Positions 45,725 to 55,210 of a DNA stretch of 64,000 bases are shown piece after piece. The translations under genes were made by a program, and so were the position numbers. This stretch comes from an uncultured virus (IMG/VR IMGVR_UViG_3300031759_000004) (Duplodnaviria > Heunggongvirae > Uroviricota > Caudoviricetes), in IMG/VR virus record IMGVR_UViG_3300031759_000004, positions 62,001 to 126,000 of that record, one strand, 5' to 3'. The notes below the pieces were generated by a model. It ran no database searches. It was not told the origin of the DNA and saw only the letters and a list, made by a program, of their open reading frames with translations. How positions within the stretch are numbered: the stretch's first letter is position 1; every line of letters starts with the position of its first letter.

Positions 45725-47040
45725 TCTGTTGCCCCTGTTTGTGCGTCCGCCACGGCGAGCAGCGTTGTGGCGGACGTTGTGTTTCCAGACCCCTTGGTCA
45801 AGGCCGAGCTTTGCAGCGAGATGATGTTGGGCGTCACGCCCGGGGCGTTGTTTTGCGACACCAGCTGGTCCTGGCTGTTCTGCGTGGCCAGCCCGGTTTG
45901 CTTCAATTCCGTCTCACCCCGGTTCAGCGTATACACGGAAGTCACCAGCGACTTTTTAACCGTGTGGGCGGCGCTGGTCACGTAATAGTAGCCGGAATAC
46001 TCGCTGGTGCGGTTGCCCTCCTGGGTCACCGCCAGGCCCAGCAGGTCGCCGTGCCGGATGTTGATCGTCTTTTGCAGGACCATCACGGAACGGAAAGTTT
46101 GCAGCCGGGCGTGCTGGTACCGGAACTGGGCCAGGGCGTTCAGCTCCGACACCGGGTTCTGCCCCAGATGGTACGCCTGGTTGCGCTGGCCGTTGTCTAC
46201 ATTGTCGAACTGGTAAATGCTGTGGGCCAGCTTGACGGCCTTGGCCGGGTCGGACAGGAACTCCTTGGAGTCGCCGGTGTAGGGGTCGGCGGCCACCACC
46301 CGCGCCCCGGCGATGCCCGCGTCCCAGAGGGCGCTGTCCTCGCTGTAATCGTTAGCTTCCAGGCTGGAGCCGTAGGAGCCGTAAAAATCCATCTTCTTCA
46401 CGGACGCCTGGTAGTCCGGCGTGTGGAAATGGAGGACGTTGTCCAGGATGAAGCAGAAGTAGCCGCCACGTCCCTGCTGGTTGATCGCTCGGGGCAGCAG
46501 CCGCTTCAGCAGGAAGGTGGTGTCGTCGGTGAAAGCCTGCATCAGCAAGTATTTTCCGTCGGTCGGTTCCACCACGGCTTTCAGGCCGTTGGCCTGGGCG
46601 ATGGCGCTGACCATGTCGCTGATCAGGCCCTTGCGCGACAGCACGCGCTGGGTCCGGCGGATGCGCACCAGGCTGTTGCTGCTGTGGACCACCAGGAGGT
46701 GGCCTGCGGTGTCGCCAATGCCCTGAAACTTGGCATAGTGGCGGGTGACGATGTGCTGCTGCCAGGGCAGCCAGTACATGCCGGTGGCCGGGCCGAAGCC
46801 GAGGCGGAACATGAGCAGCGGGTTGCCGTTGCTCATGGCGTTCTGGAGCATGGTCAGGTAGGCGACGTTGTTGCTCTGAAACACGTGGATGCAGCTGCCG
46901 TCGCCGAAGACGTCATCGCGCAGGTTGGCTTCGACCAGGGACACCTGCTCCGGGTCAAAGGTCTGGAACTGTTGCTGGGGCAGCGCCATCTGGTACTGGA
47001 CCTGGGCGAAGCCTTCACCGGGTTGGAGGGGCGCGGCCAT
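45721..47040 (-). CDS. Baseplate hub protein (gp27/P2 gpD-like)
   Basis: 'ISDMVSAIA', 'QAFTDDTTFLLKRL', 'LHFH', 'YSGYYYVTSAAHTV....TSVYTLNR'. Confidence 0.65.
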   Translation of the reverse strand: MAAPLQPGEGFAQVQYQMALPQQQFQTFDPEQVSLVEANLRDDVFGDGSCIHVFQSNNVAYLTMLQNAMSNGNPLLMFRLGFGPATGMYWLPWQQHIVTRHYAKFQGIGDTAGHLLVVHSSNSLVRIRRTQRVLSRKGLISDMVSAIAQANGLKAVVEPTDGKYLLMQAFTDDTTFLLKRLLPRAINQQGRGGYFCFILDNVLHFHTPDYQASVKKMDFYGSYGSSLEANDYSEDSALWDAGIAGARVVAADPYTGDSKEFLSDPAKAVKLAHSIYQFDNVDNGQRNQAYHLGQNPVSELNALAQFRYQHARLQTFRSVMVLQKTINIRHGDLLGLAVTQEGNRTSEYSGYYYVTSAAHTVKKSLVTSVYTLNRGETELKQTGLATQNSQDQLVSQNNAPGVTPNIISLQSSALTKGSGNTTSATTLLAVADAQTGATD

Positions 47041-47046
47041 ACGGGT

Positions 47047-47364
47047 TTAGATTTCGTCTACAGTGAATTGGTTGGCTTCCAGGTATCCGATCAGGCGCGG
47101 GCTGAGGACCAGGTCCAGCACGTGGATACTGGCGTTCTTCGGGTGGTTCAAGGCTTCGGCCAGCCGCTCGACGGTGTCCTCGTTGGCCAGGATCAGGGCG
47201 CACTCCTCGGAGTTAAGCTGAATCGCCTCGGTTTCATCAGACTCCTCGATGCCGTCCAGGTAGATGTTGGCCATCGTCACCGGGCTGACGTGCGGGTTGC
47301 GCCGGATCGTGCCGTCGTCGCGGAGTTCTTGGAGCAGATCGTCCAGTGCCGTTGGTTTCTTCAT
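47047..47364 (-). CDS. Hypothetical protein
   Basis: 105 aa, GTACCTA variant motif upstream. Confidence 0.6.
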   Translation of the reverse strand: MKKPTALDDLLQELRDDGTIRRNPHVSPVTMANIYLDGIEESDETEAIQLNSEECALILANEDTVERLAEALNHPKNASIHVLDLVLSPRLIGYLEANQFTVDEI

Positions 47365-47419
47365 GTTCTAGTGATAGGTACGTCGCAAGAACGGAAAACC
47401 CGGGCGTATTTAGCTCATA

Positions 47420-47974
47420 ATGAAATACACGGAGCGAAAAGAGTGGCTCTACGATGGCGAGATTTTCAGGCTCAGGCCGGACGTCACCACGGCGCTGAAA
47501 ATCCACGCGGAGTACATCGCCAAGCACGCGCCCATCCCCGGGCCGCTGTTCCTGGAAGTGGATCGCCGGTCGACCAAGTATGACGACCTGTGGCACATGC
47601 CGCTGGACGAGCGCACCGTGTTCTCCCGGGAGCTGAAGGTGCCTGCGCTGGTGACCAAGGAGCGCCCCGACTGGCGGCTCACCAAGGTGGGCCTGACGCC
47701 CATGCAGAAGCACAAAATCTGGCTGGCCAATCTGCACCTACAGGAGTTTGACTGGTTTCCGGCCCAGGGCGACATGATGTTTTTCGACGGCTACCGGCAC
47801 ATGATCCAGAAGGTGGTACTGGAGCCGCAGGCATTCTGGCAGCAGACCAACGTCTGGCTGGGCCTGATCTGCGAAACGGTCATCCCGGCGGAAGGCGATG
47901 CCAAGCCGCTGCTCGATCCCTCGGTGCCCGTGCCACAGGAACGTATACAAACGAGGCCGCTGCCGGAACTATGA
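47420..47974 (+). CDS. gp14: Neck/head-closure protein, gp14-like
   Basis: 'YDDLW', 'FPAQGDMMFF..YRHMIQKV'; GTATTTA at 47406. Confidence 0.5.
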   Translation: MKYTERKEWLYDGEIFRLRPDVTTALKIHAEYIAKHAPIPGPLFLEVDRRSTKYDDLWHMPLDERTVFSRELKVPALVTKERPDWRLTKVGLTPMQKHKIWLANLHLQEFDWFPAQGDMMFFDGYRHMIQKVVLEPQAFWQQTNVWLGLICETVIPAEGDAKPLLDPSVPVPQERIQTRPLPEL

Positions 47975-48324
47975 GCATCGGCAGCCTCATGGAACAGGCG
48001 CTCCAGCAGCACATGGCCGAGCGCACGCGGGACCCGGAAATCCGGCAGCGCATCGTGCTGGCCGTGATGACCGCGTTTGCCGGACTGCGCAAAAAGCCGG
48101 TGCCTGACCTGGCGCTGCGCGTCCAGAAGATGCAGGAACAGGTGCAACGCCTGGCGGAGGAGGTATCCGTCGAGTTTCAGCACGGGAACCTCGTAGTTAA
48201 GCCAGCAGGTTCCGCTGAGTCGCTGATCCGCCAGTTTCGACTTGGGTCGGACTGGTTTGACCCGGAGCCTGACATTGACCATATAATCGTGGCCGCCGCG
48301 CTGGCAGGCCCAAAGCGTAGTTAA
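47971..48324 (+). CDS. Hypothetical protein
   Basis: ATGA overlap. Confidence 0.6.
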   Translation: MSIGSLMEQALQQHMAERTRDPEIRQRIVLAVMTAFAGLRKKPVPDLALRVQKMQEQVQRLAEEVSVEFQHGNLVVKPAGSAESLIRQFRLGSDWFDPEPDIDHIIVAAALAGPKRS

Positions 48325-48327
48325 AGT

Positions 48328-48585
48328 ATGAACATCAAAAACGTAATCACCGAGGCTGTGAGTAGCGGCAGCCGGAACTATGTCCAGGAAGCCGTAAACC
48401 AACTCCTGGGCGAGGACGTGAAGTCTGGCCAGACCGTCGCGGTCGTGGACGATCCGATCTCAGGCATGACCGGCCTGAAGGGCAAGGTCCGCAAGATTTC
48501 TGACTCGAACCCGGGCTTTGCCGAGATTGAGTCGGAGAACGGGACGATCTACAACATGCAGACGTCCCTGTTGGTCCCCATCTGA
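48328..48585 (+). CDS. Small SH3/KOW-like protein with 'VITEA' and 'AVNQLLGED' motifs
   Basis: GTAGTTA at 48317. Confidence 0.65.
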   Translation: MNIKNVITEAVSSGSRNYVQEAVNQLLGEDVKSGQTVAVVDDPISGMTGLKGKVRKISDSNPGFAEIESENGTIYNMQTSLLVPI

Positions 48586-48632
48586 TCTAGTTCTAGTGAA
48601 CTCTGCCGCGCTGTTCGCGGCAGTGCCCCTGG

Positions 48633-48670
48633 CGGGGGTCGCTGTTGCATTGTGCAGCGACCCCCGTTTT
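48633..48670 (+). terminator. Rho-independent terminator
   Basis: CGGGGGTCGCTG...CAGCGACCCCCG followed by TTTT; second hairpin at 48603..48623. Confidence 0.75.
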
Positions 48671-48681
48671 GTATTTAGGGC

Positions 48682-49695
48682 GTGAGCAATGTGCTAGATT
48701 TTGATTCCGGCGCGCTGGCCAGCACCGGCATGCGCTACCACGAGCTGGCGCTGCAAGCGTGGCTCAACCGGATTTTGACGCTGCGCTGGGGTGTGCCCAT
48801 GCCGGTGGTCATGTCCAGCCCCATGGACGCCTTCTCGGAGTTCACCCGGTTGTGGGCCATGGACAAGAATCCGTACAAGTACCTGCTGGATGCCAAGGAC
48901 GAAAACGGCAATCCCCTGTACCAGCCGTATCCCGCGCCCATCCGATACCCGGTGATCTCGGTCTTCCGCAAAAATTACAAGCTGCGCCAGAGCCACAATT
49001 TTTCCATCCACAACATGCGGCACATCGCCTGGCCGACCGTCTCGGATGACACGGTTCCGGTGCCGGGCAAGCCGCAGCAGGGCACCGGCCTGACCCGGGG
49101 CGATCTGGGCAATGTCATTGTGGCCCGGTACCCCATGGCCCTGGACTACCGGTTCCAGATTGACTTTTTCTGCAACCGGCCCGACACCCAGTCGTTTTTC
49201 CTGAACCAGCTGTTTCGGGAATTCTGGCGGACCGGCGGCACGCAGTTGCAGACCTGGACAATGGTCGCCTACCCGCTCATCGGCCCCAAGCTGGTGCGCG
49301 TCTACATTGACGGGGACGTGGAGAACATGACGCCCGAGACGCCCGAGGAGGGAAAAAACGTGGAGTTCCGCGTCAGCTTGACGGTGGTCATGGAGGGCTA
49401 CGAAGTGGACCTGCGCTACAAGGTGCATCCCACGCTCTGGAGCCTGGTCTTCAACAGCGGGGCCGCCGTGCCCGCGACCGTGGTCCAGGCGTTCACGCTC
49501 ACGTCCGACATGGATTTCGTTACGCCCGTGGATTTGCGCGGCGACTGCGACACCAACCCGACCGTGGCTTACCGGGCGGCCACCTCGGACATGCCGCCCT
49601 GCGGAACGTACCAGCCGGACACGAACAACACGCTGCCGACGGCCAGCCCGGCCCCGGCGATCATACCTGGTGAAAGCCAGGAGGTGTTTGATTAA
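48682..49695 (+). CDS. gp15: Tail terminator/completion protein, gp15-like
   Basis: 'YPVISV', 'PMALDYRFQIDF', 'FRVSLTVVMEGY'; directly upstream of sheath. Confidence 0.55.
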   Translation: MSNVLDFDSGALASTGMRYHELALQAWLNRILTLRWGVPMPVVMSSPMDAFSEFTRLWAMDKNPYKYLLDAKDENGNPLYQPYPAPIRYPVISVFRKNYKLRQSHNFSIHNMRHIAWPTVSDDTVPVPGKPQQGTGLTRGDLGNVIVARYPMALDYRFQIDFFCNRPDTQSFFLNQLFREFWRTGGTQLQTWTMVAYPLIGPKLVRVYIDGDVENMTPETPEEGKNVEFRVSLTVVMEGYEVDLRYKVHPTLWSLVFNSGAAVPATVVQAFTLTSDMDFVTPVDLRGDCDTNPTVAYRAATSDMPPCGTYQPDTNNTLPTASPAPAIIPGESQEVFD

Positions 49696-49827
49696 ACTAG
49701 GCGTCTACAGCTGACGGACAACGGCAGACGGGCGGCAATCGGTAGTTAAGGCAATGAACAACGGAACAGCCAAAGAAACCCAGGGAGGTGCCCAGAGGCA
49801 CCCCCGTAGTTAAGACAGCGAAAGCTT

Positions 49828-52122
49828 ATGACGACACCGTCTTTTACACCAAAAACCTTTCCCGGGGTTTACACGCAGATTGTTGACAAGTCCTTTTTTA
49901 CGCCGACGAGCAGCCGGTTCAAACCGGGGTTCATCGGAGTGGCCACCAAGGGACCGTTCAACACGCCCGTTCAGATTCAGTCGCTGAATGACTTCGTGGC
50001 AAATTTCGGCAACCCGATTCCGACCGTTGAAACGCCGGACCCGGACACGGGCCTAATCGGGCCGTCCGACGGGACGGGCTATTTCATGGCCGATGCCGTG
50101 GACGCGTGTTCGGACTACACCAACCAGATGACGGTGATCCGCATCGGCAAGACCTTCACCGAACTGCCCGCCGCCGACGGCGTGGGCACGGTCAACAACC
50201 TGGTGCTCAACTGCCCGGACAGCTACGCGGCGGTGAACGACATTCTTAACGCTTCAACCACATCCGCCCTGTACATCAGCGTCACGGAACCTGGAAAGAA
50301 GTCCACGGTCAACGCCGTGGTGACCAGCGCCTCCAACGGCACCCTTTCCATCCTATCGGGCCTGCCGTTGCAGGACAGTTATGATGCGGGTCAGATTTCC
50401 TACAGCGTGAACAACCCCGCCGCGTTCACGGCGGAAAGCGTCGTGTCCTGCTACACCTACGGCAGCGGAACCAACACGGCGGATCACGCGCTTTCGCTGG
50501 GCACCATTTCCAACGCGGTCAAGAACACGTTTCAGTTCACGGTTTCCTCAAACATCACCAGCGTCACGCCGGGCATGGTCCTCAAAATCCAGCAGAGCAG
50601 CCCGCAACGCGTTCCCACCCTGGAAGTGCGTGTGGCCAGCCGCCTGGTCAATCCGGATGGCAGCGGCACGGTCTTCCTGGAAACAGCCAGCATTCAGCAG
50701 ATCGGTTACCAGGCGCTGCCTTTGCAGGACAACTATTCGGCAGGCGCGCAGGTGTTTGCCGCCACCGGGTCCCAGCCGTTCATGTGGCTGTCCGCTGCCA
50801 GTCCCGGCAGCTGGGCCAACGGCACCAATTCGGCGACCGGCCTGTACGTCAAAGTCCGGCCCGGGTCCGGCCCGGGCACCAAGAAGCTGGAAGTTTACTG
50901 GAACTCGGCCCTGGAAGAGACGCACGACAACATCACCAACATTCCGGGCGACGCCAATTACTGGGATGTTCGGCTGGCACAAGGCATCAGCAAATACGTC
51001 TACGTCAGCAACATCATCGGCAGCAACAATTACGGCTGGACGCCCGCCAACACGGTGGCTCCGTGGGATGCTCGTTTTTACACCAGCACGCCCACGGTCG
51101 GCTTGCCGGTTCCGATGCCCGCCGGTGCCATTAACGCAGGCACCCTGGTCATCAACGGTGTCGTCACCGCCAAGGGCGGTCAGTTTGTCAACGGAGCCGA
51201 CGGCGAAACTTTGGACCCGGTGGCAGACTCTGCGGTCTGGACCGGCACCCTGGACCCGGTGACGGACAAATACTCCGGCATCCGGGCTTTCGAGAACAAG
51301 CGCAAGGTGGACGTCAACGTCATCATCCTGCCGATGGACAATGTCTCGCTGGCGATCTTGAGCCAGCTGGCCAGCACGTGCTTTGCGATCAACGCCATCG
51401 CCGTCACGGACGTGCCCTCCCGGCTTAACGCCCGGCAGGCCATCGACTGGCACAACGGCCAGGGCCAGAACAACCAAACGGGCAAGCTGGACAGCCACAA
51501 CGTGGCCGTGTTCTGGAACTGGGGTCAGCGCACCAACAGCTTTGGCGTCACCCAGCTCGTGCCGCCGTCGGTGTTCTGGGCGCGCGCCGCTGGTTTCACC
51601 TTCAACAGCTTTGCACCCTGGTACGCCATCGCGGGCGAGACCCGGGGCTACCTGCCGGACTGTGAAGCTGTGCAGTTCGACGACGTGTCGGAGGACACGC
51701 TTCAGGCCATGTACGGCAACGGCAACAGCGTCAATCCGATCCTCAACATGCAGGGGAACTTTTTCCTGTACGGCGAGCGCACGATGCAGCGGCTGGAAAG
51801 CAAGCTGACGGCCATCCACTCGGTCATCTGTGTGAACTGGACCGTCAACGGCCTGGCGCAGGTGTTCCGCCGGTTTGTCTTCGATCCGAACGACGCCGAG
51901 CTGCTCACCAACATGGACCTGGCGGGTAACGAGTTCCTGGCGCGGATCAAGAACGACCGGGGCCTGGAAGATTACAACCTGTCCATCACGGCGTCCGCCG
52001 ACGACCGGAACAACCGGCAGGTGATCTGCAACCTGGCGCTCATTCCCGCCGACGTGGCGGAGAAAATCTACATCAACGCCACGGTCTACGAGAGCGGGGC
52101 GGTGATCAACAGCATTTCTTAA
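49828..52122 (+). CDS. gp18: Contractile tail sheath protein
   Basis: 'FPGVYTQIVD', 'GVATKGPFNTP', 'FGNP', 'VPPS', 'PWYAIAG.TRG', 'VNPI', 'YGERT', 'FVFDPND'. Confidence 0.95.
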   Translation: MTTPSFTPKTFPGVYTQIVDKSFFTPTSSRFKPGFIGVATKGPFNTPVQIQSLNDFVANFGNPIPTVETPDPDTGLIGPSDGTGYFMADAVDACSDYTNQMTVIRIGKTFTELPAADGVGTVNNLVLNCPDSYAAVNDILNASTTSALYISVTEPGKKSTVNAVVTSASNGTLSILSGLPLQDSYDAGQISYSVNNPAAFTAESVVSCYTYGSGTNTADHALSLGTISNAVKNTFQFTVSSNITSVTPGMVLKIQQSSPQRVPTLEVRVASRLVNPDGSGTVFLETASIQQIGYQALPLQDNYSAGAQVFAATGSQPFMWLSAASPGSWANGTNSATGLYVKVRPGSGPGTKKLEVYWNSALEETHDNITNIPGDANYWDVRLAQGISKYVYVSNIIGSNNYGWTPANTVAPWDARFYTSTPTVGLPVPMPAGAINAGTLVINGVVTAKGGQFVNGADGETLDPVADSAVWTGTLDPVTDKYSGIRAFENKRKVDVNVIILPMDNVSLAILSQLASTCFAINAIAVTDVPSRLNARQAIDWHNGQGQNNQTGKLDSHNVAVFWNWGQRTNSFGVTQLVPPSVFWARAAGFTFNSFAPWYAIAGETRGYLPDCEAVQFDDVSEDTLQAMYGNGNSVNPILNMQGNFFLYGERTMQRLESKLTAIHSVICVNWTVNGLAQVFRRFVFDPNDAELLTNMDLAGNEFLARIKNDRGLEDYNLSITASADDRNNRQVICNLALIPADVAEKIYINATVYESGAVINSIS

Positions 52123-52128
52123 TCGACT

Positions 52129-52749
52129 ATGAAAATTGGATTCAACAACACCTTTGGCGCGCAGACCAGCGCGACCAGCTTGGACTTGCAGCGCTCCGAT
52201 CTGTGGAAGGTAAACATCAGCCTTCCCCAGGTGCTGGGTTACCAGTGGGTGGATGACGTTCAATTCCTGCTGGAGAAGTTTCCGTTCCCGAACCGGGAGC
52301 GTGAGATGATCGAAGTGAAATACATGCAGCAGACCAACCTGCTGATCGGCAAGGACACGCCGACGCCTGCCATCGAAATTCCGGTGCGCTACGCCTTCTC
52401 CACCCGGGCGGCGGAAGCCCTGGAAAAGTGGTTCTGGCTGAGTTCCAATCCGCGCACCGGCGGGGTCGGCCTGACCTCCCAGGTGAAGGCCATGGGTCGC
52501 ATGACTTGGTACACGCCCAACATGCAGAACATGGTCAACGACATCAACAACCAGGCCCAGCCGGGGGCGTCCACCATGGACCCGGGCTTGACCTACGTTC
52601 TGGAAGGCTGCCAGCCCAAGGGCCTGAAGTTCAGCGACGGCGACATGACCGCCAGCGGCTTCGTGAACATGATGTTTTCCCTCCAGATTGACCGGTACTA
52701 TCCGGTGGACGTCAACAGCATGGTGACGACGCCGGTGCTCGCCACGTAA
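52129..52749 (+). CDS. gp19: Tail tube protein
   Basis: Follows sheath; 'QRSDLW', 'EVKYM', 'LEKW', 'YVLEGCQP', 'LQIDR'. Confidence 0.8.
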   Translation: MKIGFNNTFGAQTSATSLDLQRSDLWKVNISLPQVLGYQWVDDVQFLLEKFPFPNREREMIEVKYMQQTNLLIGKDTPTPAIEIPVRYAFSTRAAEALEKWFWLSSNPRTGGVGLTSQVKAMGRMTWYTPNMQNMVNDINNQAQPGASTMDPGLTYVLEGCQPKGLKFSDGDMTASGFVNMMFSLQIDRYYPVDVNSMVTTPVLAT

Positions 52750-53144
52750 TGTACGACCGCTACAAAGAAGCCATCTTGCGGGTCTGTACTCCGGTTGAGC
52801 GTCCACTGCTCGAAGTGGCCCCTCTGCCGGAGTTTGACTTGGGGACCGCCCACGTCTGCCCGAGCTGTGGCCAGCTGAACGCCTTGGTGTCCGAGTCCGA
52901 GGCGGGTGAGCAAGCGTCGTGTCCGGACTGCCAGGCGATCTTTACGCCCAAGCTGGAGTCCCTGGCCCGTCAGGTGATCCGCAAGCTGTCCGAGCGCCGG
53001 GCCAGCCGCCTGCGTGAGATTAAACGGTACGAGGCCCTGTCCCCGACGCCGCCCAAAGGGGTGGACCCGGACGATTACGCCGCTTTCCGGCTGGCTGTGG
53101 ATACCGCAGGCGTGGCTGAGCCGGAAGAGGATTTGCCGCTATGA
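52749..53144 (+). CDS. Zn-ribbon protein
   Basis: 'CPSC...CPDC'. Confidence 0.65.
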   Translation: MYDRYKEAILRVCTPVERPLLEVAPLPEFDLGTAHVCPSCGQLNALVSESEAGEQASCPDCQAIFTPKLESLARQVIRKLSERRASRLREIKRYEALSPTPPKGVDPDDYAAFRLAVDTAGVAEPEEDLPL

Positions 53145-53686
53145 TGTTACCGCGTCCAGTTGGGTTTGTGTCCATCTCCAAGATAACCTTGGCGGACGGC
53201 CAGGAGCTGTCCACGCAGCAGGCCGTCGACTACGGCTGGATCAAGGCACCCGCCGGGCGGCAGCCCGCTGGCTGGGGCCTGGAGCGCCACGAGGTGCCTG
53301 TGGGCAAGAATCTATTCCTCGACCAAGGCCGCCAGGCCATGGCTTTTGCTTTCGGGGGCCGCAGCCCGACGGTCAACTACGCCATCAGTTTGTTTGCCAT
53401 CGGCACCGGCACGACGGCGGCCCAGGTGACGGACGTGGCGCTGGCCGCGCCCATCCTGTTCCCCAGCTCGCTGTACCACAAGGCCGTGGACTCGATTGAC
53501 TACATGTCGCCTTTCGTGGTGCGCGTAGCTTTCACCATCGGCACCACCGAGGCCAACGGCACGCTGATTAGCGAGATGGGCTTGCTGACGGGCGGCCAGG
53601 CGCTGGTGACCCGCAAGGTCCGCGCCACCAGCATCAACAAGACTTCAGATTACGCGCCCACGCTGACCTGGAGAATTCGATTTTAG
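53141..53686 (+). CDS. Baseplate/tail-fibre attachment-like protein
   Basis: 'FAIGTG', 'EANGTLISEMGL', 'INKT...LTWRIRF'. Confidence 0.6.
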   Translation: MMLPRPVGFVSISKITLADGQELSTQQAVDYGWIKAPAGRQPAGWGLERHEVPVGKNLFLDQGRQAMAFAFGGRSPTVNYAISLFAIGTGTTAAQVTDVALAAPILFPSSLYHKAVDSIDYMSPFVVRVAFTIGTTEANGTLISEMGLLTGGQALVTRKVRATSINKTSDYAPTLTWRIRF

Positions 53687-53688
53687 CT

Positions 53689-54015
53689 ATGAACAAACTT
53701 ATCCAGAAAATTATCGGCGAGGCCGACATCGAGGCCACCACGCAACACAGCGCAGTACCCGGAGAACTGGATGGCGCTATGACCCAAATTCGTGAGCGCT
53801 TTGTTGAGGAACGAGTTCATGGCTTCAAGGACCCGACAACAGGCCAAGCTGTTGGTCCCGTGAGCCGTGAACAGGCGGAAGCGGCCTGGCAACGCATTGA
53901 GCCTCAGCTCAGGCGGTTATTTAGGCAGGCGGAACCCGGCAGTGAAACGAGCCGGATGTTGGGCTTGCACCAGAGCCGGGACGTGTACAACTACCGGAAT
54001 CCCAACGCACAGTAG
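53689..54015 (+). CDS. Hypothetical protein, 'LIQKIIGEA' motif
   Basis: 2-nt gap from upstream gene. Confidence 0.65.
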   Translation: MNKLIQKIIGEADIEATTQHSAVPGELDGAMTQIRERFVEERVHGFKDPTTGQAVGPVSREQAEAAWQRIEPQLRRLFRQAEPGSETSRMLGLHQSRDVYNYRNPNAQ

Positions 54016-54022
54016 TTAGCGT

Positions 54023-54376
54023 ATGATTGCAACCGTCACAGACAGCCAATTCGTCGGCGAGACTTTGTCTACGCTGTTCAGCGTCATCCAGCAGGGTCCG
54101 GCCAGCTTGATGGTGACGATGAAGAATAGCGGCGTCAACACGCTGAATTATGATTTTCAGGAATTCAACGGCACCTCCTGGGCGGACCTGGGCGCGCCGG
54201 GCAGCCTGCTCAACAACACGCTGATGGCCAACCAGGTGATCCAGCTGATCGTGACCTCCACGTATCCGCAGGTTCAGCTGGTAGGCAACGCCTCCGGCGG
54301 CGCGCTGTTGGAGTTCACGGTGGTCCGGTACTACAACCGGGCCAGCGGCGGAGCGCTGCCGCTCATCGCCGTCTAG
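54023..54376 (+). CDS. Hypothetical beta-rich (virion?) protein
   Basis: GTAGTTA at 54012. Confidence 0.65.
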   Translation: MIATVTDSQFVGETLSTLFSVIQQGPASLMVTMKNSGVNTLNYDFQEFNGTSWADLGAPGSLLNNTLMANQVIQLIVTSTYPQVQLVGNASGGALLEFTVVRYYNRASGGALPLIAV

Positions 54377-55196
54377 TCTGGTACTCCTCGTAGACGCGGC
54401 TGTACAACAGGCCGATGTTGGGGATACCGAGCGATTTGGCTTCCGCCACGGAAGCCAGCTGCAAACGTCCCGGATCAGGTACGTCCGGGACGTTGGTTTT
54501 TAAGCGGGTCAGCTCCAGGCACGCCAGGAACTGCTCCTGGCACTCCGGCGGCATTTGGCTCAGCAGCGCCGCCTTGGCCTCCTCGAACGTCATGTCTGGA
54601 TTTACCTTACGGAACAGCTCGCGGCACTTTTTAGGACCCCAGCCATGAACGCCCTTGATGTTGTCCACCGGGTCGCCGGTGATGGCCTGAACCAGCGCCA
54701 CCTGGCTGGCCCGGGGCACGCCCCATTTTCGCCGGATGTAGTCGGGCGAGAGGATGGTCTTGGTGTTCAGGCAATAGTAATGGATGTTCCCTCGCTGAAG
54801 CTGTTGCAGGTCCTTGTCACCCGAGACCACGTAAACTTCGTCCGTTTTGGCGGCGCGTACTGCGGCGGTTGCCACGACACTGTCTGCCTCGTACTGGTCG
54901 TGTTCAAAGTTGACAGTGCCAAAGAGGAACGCCAGAACATCTTTAACGGCTTCCTTGGTGTCATGATATACCTTTGGTTTGGTTTCTCGGCCCTTGTTGC
55001 TGGAAATGTTTTTGGGGTCCCAGCCGAACAGGGTCCGGTCTACGTACACCCCAAGTTTGTCGATGTCGGGATTCAGCAGGATCAGCAGTGAGCGCACCAT
55101 CAGACTGACCGCGTCCAGCGGTTCCCCGCCGCTGCGCTCGGCGGCGTACCAGGACCGGGCAAAAATACTATTTGCGTCAAAGCAGGCTGTTATCAT
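54363..55196 (-). CDS. rnh: 5'-3' exonuclease / T4 RNase H-like flap nuclease
   Basis: 'FDANS', 'YEADS', 'VSGDKDLQQL', 'ITGDPVDNIKGVHGWGPK'. Confidence 0.9.
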   Translation of the reverse strand: MITACFDANSIFARSWYAAERSGGEPLDAVSLMVRSLLILLNPDIDKLGVYVDRTLFGWDPKNISSNKGRETKPKVYHDTKEAVKDVLAFLFGTVNFEHDQYEADSVVATAAVRAAKTDEVYVVSGDKDLQQLQRGNIHYYCLNTKTILSPDYIRRKWGVPRASQVALVQAITGDPVDNIKGVHGWGPKKCRELFRKVNPDMTFEEAKAALLSQMPPECQEQFLACLELTRLKTNVPDVPDPGRLQLASVAEAKSLGIPNIGLLYSRVYEEYQTRRR

Positions 55197-55210
55197 GTGT
55201 AGGTACTGGT

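Noticed and set aside
45688..47583. 631-aa plus-strand ORF
   Set aside because: Antisense shadow of the baseplate hub gene.
50548..52806. 752-aa minus-strand ORF
   Set aside because: Antisense shadow of sheath and tube genes caused by GC-rich codon bias; no motifs.
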